A DNA stretch of 63,602 nucleotides, taken from contig NC_068991.1 in NCBI RefSeq assembly GCF_001194135.2, forward strand, positions 56,257,786 through 56,321,387. Reading direction: 5' to 3'. Numbering within the stretch: position 1 is the first letter of the stretch; each line of letters begins with the position of its first letter. Positions 53,101 to 63,602 of the stretch are shown in pieces. The stretch comes from Octopus bimaculoides (lineage: Eukaryota). The position numbers and the translations under genes are program-made. The notes below the pieces were generated by a model. That model was not told where the DNA came from, did no database searches, and saw only the letters and a program-made list of their open reading frames with translations.

Positions 53101-53479
53101 GCAAGGTTTCTACAGCTGGATGCCCTTCCTAACACCAACCACTCAGAGTGTAGTGGGTGCTTTTTACGTTCCACTAGCACAGGGGCCAGTTAGGCAGCAC
53201 TGGCACGGACTATATATATACATATGTATCTAGGCATGTCTTTGCATGTCCCTTACCATCACTTGACAGCTGGTGCCGATGTGTTTGCATCTCTTTAACT
53301 TTGGTTCAGGAGCAGAGACTGATAGAATAAATTCCAGGCTTAAAGAAAAAACAAAATAACTGAGGATGATTTGTTTGACTAAAAATCCTTCAAGGCAGTG
53401 CTCCAGCATGGCCATAGTCTGATGACTGAAACAAGTAAAAGATAAGATATATGGAGACATGACATCTTCAAGAATGACT

Positions 53480-53660
53480 GAGAACCCATTTGAAAGTATG
53501 GATACCCAGCAAGCAATACACAGCTTGATTCCAATGATAGGAACTGTTCTCCTCGGTCATATTTGTAAAGATCTTATAATACTCTGCTTAGTCCATTGGA
53601 ATGTACTACGCAGAGCAGGAGCACACATGAAGACATTAAATGTCGCTGAAGATGTCACAG
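53480..53660 (+). mobile_element. Possible highly decayed RTE C-terminus
   Basis: LLGHICKD...HWNVLRRAGAHMKTLNVAED weakly resembles WxGHVxR...W...RRRGRPxKTW..VEED. Confidence 0.25.
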
Positions 53661-56075
53661 ATGTCTTATACTTTATATTTAAAAAAATTAAAAAACCATT
53701 TATATTATAGCTAATACACACACACACACACACACACACAAATGTATGTGTATGTGAGAGAAAGAAAAAGAGAGAGAGGCAGGTTGAACTTGTGCTCATT
53801 CAATTCAATACAGTTTATTGTCATTGTATTTTTACTTTTTTTTGTTACAGTTATGTTGGAATTTCAATGTAAAGTTACAATAACAAACATTTCAACAGAA
53901 TATATCTACACCCACCTCTCAATCTTCTACCGACATTCACACACAGCTGTATTTATATATGCACATGTATATTTATACACACACAAATCATGGGACCCAA
54001 ATCATGAAATTATAGGAAATTTATGTGATTATTAGAATTCAGTGTACCCAGTGCAAACAACTGGTGCACAAAAAGTACAATGAGATCACAGGTAGGCTCA
54101 GAGAAGGATTCTGAATATAGTAGATACTCAGGACTAGTCAGCACCCATAAAATAAATTCTTTTAAAATGCTTTAAAAGCATCAGAGCTTGCTGTTGGCAC
54201 TCCATCGCTTATGACGTCAAGGGTTCCAGTTGATCCGATCAACGGAACAGCCTGCTCATGAAATTAACGTGCAAGTGGCTGAGCACTCCACAGACACATG
54301 TACCCTTAACGTAGTTCTCGGGGATATTCAGCGTGACACAGTGTGACAAGGCTCTTTGAATTACAGGCACAACAGAAATAGGAAATAAGAGTGAGAGAAA
54401 GTTGTGGTGAAAGAATACAGAAGGGTTCGCCACCATCCCCTGCCGGAGCCTTGTGGAGCTTTAAGTGTTTTCGCTGCCCTAACCACTAGGCCATTGTGCC
54501 TCCACGCATCAGAGCTTGTGCCATGTATAAAGCACTGATGCCACATGTAAAGCATCCAATATACTCTGTAAAGTGGTTGATGTTAGGAAGGGCATCCAGT
54601 CATAGAAATCATGCCAAAACAGACAATTGAAGCCTAGTGCAGCTCTCTGGCTTGCCAATTCCTGCCAAACCATCCAAGCCATACCAGTATGGAAAACATT
54701 ATGTAACGATGATGATGATTAGGGGGCTTCCTAGGAGCAGATGATAACTTCTGTTATCTAGTGACCTAATTAGTGATGGAGGAGCATCTTCCTATCCTGG
54801 TTATGACTGCAGAGCAGAATGCACGACATCTGTGTACAAAGTGTGATGCTGCATGGTGGTGAAACACATACTCAAATGCAGAGGCTGAAGCAAAGGGCGA
54901 AGAAAAGAAACAAGGTGAATCTAGAAAGTCTTGAATAGTGGTGGTTTCTAAAAAGAAAGAAAAAACCTATTTTTGAGTTGATATCACATAAGAAAGAGTG
55001 AAGATATAATTGAATGCATGAAGTGATGGTGTAAATTTAGATAGATTCCTAATAGATACAATTGTTGAAAACCATCTCTCTTTTAATAAAGCAAATAAGT
55101 AGAAGAGGAAGGAGAAGAAAACCGCTACACTTCAATTTGCTGGTCTAAAAGAAATGTGGTTATTCTAAAATCGCAGCAAGTTAAGCTATATGTATGACAA
55201 GCATAAAGGAACTCATCTTGTATGGTATTGATCAGTAAATCTATATCAGGATCTTGCCATGCTAGTACTAGTTATATACACTCAATGGAACAATGAACTG
55301 ATTACATTCTAGCTGAAGCTTCTAGTATTCCTTGTAATATTAGCTGACCTAGCTAAGTCTACTATAATCTTGTTGAGATAGTGCTTTCCCTCTCCTCAAG
55401 GAAATGATCTTTAAGTTAGTCATGAGTAGCTTTACTATGTGTGTAATACATACTTATGCAGTCAAATTACAAGTTTTCTAAAAACAATTTTTCTATAAGA
55501 AAAGTACAAACAATAAATAAACGTCTAGAAATTATCCACTCATACAATAACTGTGGGAAGCAAATGTAAATATATTTAAGAAAATTCTTAAATTGCAGTA
55601 TTGTAGAAAATGATAGGCTATGCATTATGATTATATTCTCCACTCCTTCATTATGAAAACAACCTTGTGCCAAGAGAAAGAAGAAAAAACATTACACACA
55701 CACACATATATACATACATGTGTGTGTGCACATATATATGTGTGTGTATGTATAATCAAAAGTATTAGATAGAGGATTTGGTAAAGACATCAAAATGCTA
55801 GATTGGATCAAGTGGTTTAGCTTAATGCATCACTATTCTTCTTGAGTTCAAAACTCACGAGTTGACAAGATAAATCAATACCAGTAATATGCTGCAGCCA
55901 ATTCAATCAACTGTAGCTTTTCTGCTCAACAAAAAAACTTTCATCCCTGAACCAAAAGAAATCAAAATCATCAAAGCCTCTACAACGATTAATTATTTTC
56001 CACAGATCCCATGATTTACAATAGCTGCTTTCTGCAACTAATATATTCCAACCCTAACCCCACCCCATTTACCAG

Positions 56076-56180
56076 GCTATATACAGTATATTTGTGGCAA
56101 TCCTGCAGTCTTAACTAATTTCTTTCGGAAATTTACTTTATCAATATCCACAGCCTTTATTGAGTGGTGTTGTAAATTTG
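56076..56180 (+). other. Candidate internal exon (105 nt, phase 1-1) of an antisense transcript
   Basis: Branchpoint-like CTAAC, acceptor ccatttaccag|G, donor TTG|gtaagt. Open frame YIQYICGNPAVLTNFFRKFTLSISTAFIEWCCKF. Confidence 0.3.
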
Positions 56181-58458
56181 GTAAGTTTTGTAATACTTCT
56201 TGACACAACAAACAGTAGAATACAAGTTAAAAAAGATCTGTGACCCAGCACAGTGTTTCTTCTGTATTTTTTTATTTTTTTTTATTTTGTCAGCTTTTCT
56301 TTAATTTTACTGTAATGTCTCATTTTAATATATCAAATTAAGTTTTGCTGAAGATTCCTAAAAAGGATGAAATAGTACCATACATGGCTACAACTAACTA
56401 AAAATTGTAAGAATTTTGCCACAGATAAAAATAAAAAAATAAAAATTAGATATAAAGCCAATTTATAAAAAAAAACAAAGATGAAGATAGGTGTAGGAAC
56501 AACAAGCAAGTGTATCAGTTTGACACTCGCGGGGGGGGAGCGGAAAAGTCTTAAGTTTTGAGCCTATGCTCTTTGACAGAAAGGAATAAGAGGAAATAAA
56601 TAGAGAGAGAATGAAAAAAACGTGTTGAGTTCAGTGATCCAACATGGTGAATGAGAGGGAGATATAATAATGAGAGGCTGAATGAAGAGGAGATAATTCA
56701 TGGTGATCCCAACAAGAGGAGGTGCACAAGTGTGTGTGTATGTGAAAATGGTGTGCAAGTGTGTAAATGTGAATGGGGATGAGTGAGTTTGACATGTGTG
56801 TGCGTGTGTGTGTAGCAGTTGAGTGCGCACATGTATATGTGAATTCTTTGTATCCTTTTCATATACCTCGATTATAAATTAAAATTTCTAATCCCATCTC
56901 ACGCTGTGAGGAGGTAGTTATTAACAGACATCCAGAGGGTACCAAGCATGTATTATTTTTTTTTAATGAGATTTATATCATCTGAAACACACTCCCCACA
57001 TATAAAGGGGGGGGAAAAAAAACAGCTGACTGGATTTATCCTGGTTTTAGAATAGGTACACCATGCCCATTCATGTCTTATAAATTGTGCGTATAAAAGG
57101 GTTGGAGACAGGAACAACATCCAACCATAAAAACACTGACTCAGTAAGCACATTCAACCCATGCCAGCATAGGAAAAAACAAACATAAAATGATGATGAT
57201 GAGTTTGTGATTGCTTGATGATGGTCATCATCAACATTTAATGCCCACATTTCATGCTTGCATGGGACAGACGGAGTTTATCAAGGCAGATATTCTACAG
57301 CCAGATGCCCTTCCTGTTATCAAACCCCACTTGTTTCCAAGCAAGGTAACATATCCCCATGGCCAGATAAGGTTTTCACAGAAGACTGGAAACAACCTTA
57401 CTTGTATGATGATGATGCTCAGTTACAGCCACCGTGTGATATGGGTACACACACTCACATGATAGGCTTCTTTTAGTTTCTGCCTACGAAATCCACTCAC
57501 ACAGCTTTGGTTGGCCTGAAGCTATGGTAGAAGTCACTAACCCAAGACGCTGTGTAGTGGGACTGAACACAAGGCCAAATGGTTAGGAAGCAAGCTTCTT
57601 AACCACACAGCTAAGCTTTTACACAATGACAAAAAAATTTAATGCAAAGAATTGATAACTCTGCAACAAAAAAATTTCATAAAGTTACTACTGAAGCTTA
57701 GGATACAGTAGTGATTAACAGATAAGAGAGAATCTTCTGGATACAACACCGGTCTTAGGCAGCTAACTCACTAACAGTATATAATAGCATTGCTGTTTCA
57801 TGAGAATGGTACCATATAGAACGAAATGCCTGTACCAAGTATGAACTCATGACTGCAGTAAGCTGGAATCTAACACCTCAGCAATTTCACCCCAACAACA
57901 ATCGCTTTATTTATTTACATACAATTACAACTAACGAGTAATAATATATACTAAACAAAAGAAAATAACAAATAATAACGATCCAATGATACAAATTAGT
58001 AGCAATTAAATGAAACTAATGAGGGGTAATATAAATTATACTAAATTACTACCGAATGATAATATGAAGTGTGTATAATTGTTTTTCCTAGTCAACATTT
58101 GGCATTCACAATAGTAACAATCTGAGATATGCTGATGATATATATTACACATTAAAAAAAGTTCTTTTCTCACAACATAATAGAAATATAATTGAACTAA
58201 ACAAATATTCATACTATGAGGTTAGGAAAATGACATCCAGAGTTGAACAGCATTCAACTTGGAAAAAGCTTTATTAAAATGAAATTAGTTCCAAAATGAA
58301 AAGTCTACTGACATTGTACTAAAAAAAAAAGTTAATATTTACTGTTAAAATATAATTAATGCATATGCCAAATAAAATGCAATTGTGCTGGTGCCATGTA
58401 AAAAGCACCCAGTACACTCCGTAAAGTGGTTGGCCTAAGGAAGGGTGTTAGGAGTTTG

Positions 58459-58737
58459 TGAGAGAGAGAGAGGTATGGATTAGTTAAGTAGAAATGGAAT
58501 GTTACAAATGCATGTAAGAGTTATTGTTTGGGCAAAAAGAACTGAGCGTCAATACCTGGTTGTAACTATCTCAAGCCCTAGGACTCACAGTGCTGGCCAT
58601 CCAGTTTCCATGGATCTCATTCCAGTGAATGAGATCATATTTCCCTTGAACGGAATGCCAGTCCACTGCAGAGTTATTCATTTACAGCTGAGTAAACTGG
58701 AGCAAAATGAAATGAAAATTTTGCACACAAGAACACA
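58459..58737 (+). repeat. ~275-bp direct repeat, second copy at 61085-61353
   Basis: Near-identical gttacaaat(g/a)catgtaagagttattgtttgggcaaaaagaactgag..ggactcacagtgctggccatccagtttccatg..ttgcacacaagaacac. Confidence 0.9.
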
Positions 58738-60526
58738 TTTCAGCTGTAGAAACCATGCCAAATCAGACAATGGAACCTGGTGCAGCTCCAATGTATGTTA
58801 GCATGGAAAACTGACATTAAGTGAGGATGATGCTGATGATATACAAGAAGAATATATAGGCCCTTCACTACCAGTATATTGGGGGCTGTGAAAGATTCAG
58901 GTTCTGGTAATGCTACTGGGGAAAAATGTCTTAAACCACTACAGCATATTATTTTAGATCCTCTGACTGAAAACTTGGGGCCTTATTACTATAACAACCT
59001 ATCTGAAACCACTCTTCGTCTTAAGGTACGATCTTCCAGTTTTAAAAAGATCTTAGTTAAAACCTTCCATCAAAATTGCATGTTAATTTATGTTGCAAAC
59101 ATCAACTTAATAATGACAAAATGATTTTACTTAATTCTCCATTATTTTCAAAATTAATTGAAACAAAAGCAGTGTATTTCAAAAGAAATATGGTAACAAT
59201 AGTGTTATAACATCATTATTTCAAAAAAACAAAAAACAACAGGCCAGACTGGATGGACAAAACTGTGCCTAACTAAAGATGTCCATAATTTTTCTTTTTG
59301 TTGAATAATTTTCATATTCAATATATATATAAAACCAGCCACCATTTCTAGTTCACAGTTTGTCTTTTTTAATATTTGTTTCTTTTTAGCCTGTTGTAAC
59401 CTTATCCAATAATGGTACTCACTCACTTTAAACAGCTGAGTGGACTGGAGCAATGTGAAATAAGGTGTTTCACTCAAGGACACAATGTGCCACCGGGAAC
59501 CAAATTCATGACCTTACGATCATAAGCTGAATACCCTAACCATTGAGCTACATGCCTTTACCAAGTAAGATTAAAACTTATGGCTGACAAATTAGTTGTC
59601 TAACAACTTCACCACAGAGCCAGTTTGGTTGGCTGGTATAAAACCGAGGGGATTATTATAGTTGATATTCGATCAAGACCGTTTCTATAAAACTACTCCA
59701 TTAAGTCATGTAAGCACAGCAAAAGAGATAAGGACTTAATGATGATGATCTTTAATGCATTTATTATTGGCAAGATACAAGTGACAAGGTTGTATTATAC
59801 CTAATTAAAATACAAAAGGTCTCAAAATATTTCTTGCAATGAGAAATGCAAATATAATCAGGAATGACAGAGCCAAACTGAAAAGCAAACAACTAAACTT
59901 GAAAAAGAGAGAAGAGATGGGGGAAGAGGAATCATTTTCTTCTATTGTTTTAGGGAGAGGGAAAAATAAAAATGCAAACCGCATTATTTAGTAGAATGTA
60001 ATTCAGCTAAATATATGAAATAGATAAATTAAAAAAGAACAATTTACAAAACTAAAACAAAAGCCAACAACTGACATCACAGCAACAGTTTCATGTTGAT
60101 TTAATAAACAATAAAAGATAGAGGGAAGATAGAAAAAAAAGAAAAAAAGAAAAATTGATAAGCTATGTCAAAAAAATACGGCTACCTTGAACCAGTGGAT
60201 GTTGCCATTAAGCAAAGTGCAGAGGAAGAGTTTTAGATAAACTGCTATATTTATAGTTAACCCATTTCATTTATATTTGTCTCCCTATAATCAATAGCCA
60301 GATTGCAAAAGAGGGTGAATGAACAGTGTGTTACAACAGTGAACATTTCTCATTATTGACTGGAAAGGCAGATTTGTAACTGTTCCATTTGTAAAACCAC
60401 AAGTAACAGTGCTTGTTGAACGACTGGCAAGCTATTGTAGTACTGTTTTATTTTATTTTATATATTGGCTTGATTGTGAGACAACAAAGGGAAATAATAC
60501 AGCTGACCAATTTATATTTCTTACAG

Positions 60527-60591
60527 GCGAACTCTTCAACAGAAACACTAGCAGCAGCAGTCCCCTTCCAGGCAATGTTTCTTTGCAATAA
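60527..60591 (+). other. Candidate last exon of an antisense transcript
   Basis: CTGAC branchpoint-like motif, acceptor tttatatttcttacag|G. Phase-1 frame ELFNRNTSSSSPLPGNVSLQ*. AATAAA at 60587-60592 and more around 60700. Confidence 0.25.
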
Positions 60592-63500
60592 ATATAGCCT
60601 AATAGCAATGTTGATAGACAAGAAGAATTGCTTTACATCAAAAAGTAATAATAAAAAGGAAGAACCTATTTTGAACTTCTTAATATCTCAGGAAGTTAGC
60701 AAAATAAAATAGAATAAAAAAATAAAACTACAAGATTCTTCGATCTTGCAGTTTATTACTAAACGGGGGAGAAGAATTAACAATGTAAATCGAAAATTTG
60801 AAACCAGCAGTGTTAAAAGTATGCATGCGTGTGTGTTTATATGGGTATGTGGTAAAAGAAATTAGCTTCACAACTATGCGGTTCAACCCTACTGTGTGGC
60901 ATCTTGGGCAAGAGTATTCTACCGTGGCCTCAGGATGACCAATACCTAGTGAGTAGAATTTTGTAGATGGAAACTGTGCAGAAGCCTATCTTGTATGTAT
61001 GTATCTATTTGTCTGCCTGTCGATCTATCTAAACACACACACACACACATACATACATACATACGTGATGCATGGTTGGATGAGTGAGAGAGAGAGAGGT
61101 TAAGTGGAAATGGAAAGTTACAAATACATGTAAGAGTTATTGTTTGGGCAAAAAGAACTGAGAGTCAATACCTGGATGTAACTATCTCAAGCCCTAGGAC
61201 TCACAGTGCTGGCCATCCAGTTTCCATGAATCTCATTGCAGTGAATGAGATCATATTTCCCTTGAATGGGATGCCAGTCCACTGCAGAGTTATTCATTTA
61301 CAGCTGAGTAAGCTGGAGCAAAATGAAATGAAGATTTTGCACACAAGAACACAATGCATCAGCTAGACCAGGAATCAAGACCATGACCTCGTGACTGAGT
61401 GCAACATTCTAATTCATTAGGCTATGTGCCTTCATGCTCTCTTTCAAAGGTTGCTAAAACATGTACCAGCTATGTACTGGAGTTGATTCAATTGGTTAAA
61501 CTACTACTTTACAAACTTGTGTCTGTATGCTAAATTATTATTGAAAAGTTTGGACTAAATGTCTTATAGTCTTGTTCTCGTATGTTCTGAGTTTAAATCA
61601 TTCCAGGATTGACTTTGTAATTTTATATCACAATCGATCAAATTAATGTACCAGTATTATATTGGAATAATTCAAACTACATGACCTTCTCCCTTACACA
61701 AGATTGAGACTTGTCAAAACAAACTCAGTTGTAAATTCTTGGTTCTGGTAAACATGGAACTTTACCAAGGACTAAAACAGTTGGCTTAATCCATTCATTG
61801 ATTTTATATAGATCATTAACATATCTTGTTTCATTGTCATCTTCGTAAGTTTGTCCAGCTAGTAGAGACAATTCACAGGTTCCTTACTGATTTATAAAGT
61901 GTCCAAAAGGCAATTAATTAATTAACCAGATCTAATCGCTAAATTTGAAATGGTAAGTGTGGAAGAAAGTCTAGTACCACTTCATCGTTCACTGACTACA
62001 GTAAGTTAACTTGCTTTCTTTAGCAACGGGGTTTAAAAGGCTATTAATACTGAAGTGTTAGTGAAGGACTAGAAGTGCTTCAAGTAGCATATAAGAACCG
62101 GAAGGAAAAATATATGCCATTACAACACTCTGACAACAGGGATCAACACAGTGTATTAGTTTTGTTTTTGGTAATTAATTTAAGATTTTTGAAGTTCATA
62201 TTGAGTTTTAGATGCCAAAGATAAAAATCGTTTGTCTACCTTCGATACTGAAATAGTTTATTACCTAACAAGAGCAGAATTTGTAGAAGTTACAAACTTT
62301 CTACTATAACTCCATTCAGATTGAGGATACTTTATAGGAATATTAAATCAACACGAAATAATTGAGTGGCATTCTATTTTGACACACGCACACAGACTCT
62401 CTCTCTCTCTCTGCTTGTCAGAAGGATGAAAGCCAAATTCTGAGGAATTATTTGAACCCAACTGACTCCTGCCCTTCAATGGCTACACATTTTTATCAAC
62501 CCTGAAAGACTAAACAGTAAAATCAACTTTGGTATGAATCAACATGTGAAGAAATACAATTAAATACTAGCATGTATTTTTAAGGTACCCTATATTTTTG
62601 CAAACAATAATTTCTTACATAGATGCATACATGGCCACGTGGTTAAGAAGCTTGCTTTGTGACCACATGGTTTCAGGTTCAGTTCCACTGTGTGGCACCT
62701 TGAGTAAGTATCTTCTATAGCCTTGGGCTGATCAAAGAAGCCTTTCCAGTGGATTTGCAAGACAAAAACTGAAAGAAGCCTGTTGTTTATTTGTGTGTGT
62801 CTGTGTGTATACCCTTGCTTACATGTGATGGGTGTAAATGAGCATCATTTCATGCAAGAGAGGTTGATCATTTATAGTGTTCCAGGGTTGGCAACAGAAA
62901 GGGCATCTGGCCATAGAAAAATCTGCCTAAACAAATTCCATTTGGCACATGTAAGCAGGGGAAAGGTGGACTTTAAAATGAAAGCAAAACTGGACAAAGA
63001 ATGAGACTTTTCTGTTGAATATTTTGTAAAATAAAATATAAAACAGAGAAATTGCCAACATGAAGAACATTCTCACAGGGAGACACAACTTTACAACACT
63101 GATGGTATCTGTTTTCTAAATAACACATTTTTTTTTGTTTTTAGAACATGACATGAAAGAATAATTTTTTTTTAAACAAAAGAAACAACAACCAAAACAA
63201 GAACAACAAAGGAAATAGGAAAATGAAATCTCTGACAATTTAAAATCCAAACCTTTTATTACTATTATTATTATTATTATTATTTTTATATCTTGATTTA
63301 GCCATTCTGAAGTGCAGAGATACCAATGATTAGAGGAAAAGCTAAAGAAAATATACTAGTACAAAGAGTGGAGAAGAAATAGGGGTTAGAAAGAAGGGTG
63401 AGTAAACGATGTGAAAAGTGTGGAGAGGGAGCAGGGGTGGGGTGAAGGAAAGAAGAGAATCCAATATTTTGTTACCCGGGTGTGTGTTTTGACACTTGCA

Positions 63501-63602
63501 AAAATGTTTTAGTTCTACCCTCTGTGTGTGTGTGTGTGTGTGGCAAAGTCAAAAACACCCTCAGTCTTCTTTCTGGCAGCAGTAGAAGAGTGAGGCAAGA
63601 GA

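Noticed and set aside
60165-60236. Small ORF MSKKYGYLEPVDVAIKQSAEEEF*
   Set aside because: A 23-codon ORF is expected by chance; no supporting signals.
60525-60598. Minus-strand hydrophobic stretch (GRGLLLLVFLLKSSP|gtaaga) as the LRIG signal-peptide exon
   Set aside because: No in-frame ATG, no LRRNT cysteines, and phase 0 rather than the required phase 2.
62212-62308. Acceptor-like ttttag followed by DAKDKNRLSTFDTEIVYYLTRAEFVEVTNFLL*
   Set aside because: Phase does not match the nearby donors, and the length is compatible with chance.
1-63602. CRISPR arrays, rRNA, prokaryotic operons
   Set aside because: Eukaryotic intron-rich DNA; no repeat-spacer arrays or rRNA motifs seen.

Overview
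AT-rich, microsatellite- and SINE-saturated animal genomic DNA with 11 assembly gaps. The repeat landscape looks like Octopus/coleoid cephalopod (inference). Almost every ORF in the six-frame track is noise from microsatellites, N-runs or repeats. The real coding signal is absent from the track: three 72-nt minus-strand exons (50131-50060, 28072-28001, 19679-19608). All have canonical splice sites and phase-2 junctions, and they splice in frame to (L)DLQSNIIMDIQPDDFKGFVKLKKL-DISSNKITHINESVFSHLPNLKEL-KLSYNNLAEMPYFGKNYSLEQLH(L). These are consecutive extracellular LRRs that best match the N-terminal LRR region of an LRIG (lambik/sma-10)-family protein. I found neither the upstream exon nor the next downstream exon in readable sequence, so the window appears to be the intron-dominated interior of this gene (introns of ~22 kb and ~8.3 kb). 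The introns hold tRNA-derived SINEs, RTE and HERO-like LINE fragments, a Tigger-like HTH fragment, and TTAA-flanked and hAT-type MITEs. Best leads: (i) several long fold-back structures near the LRR exons; (ii) a phase-compatible candidate alternative last exon that would give a short secreted isoform; (iii) a candidate spliced antisense transcript; (iv) a pre-miRNA-like intronic hairpin. None is proven, and I see no demonstrable new system.
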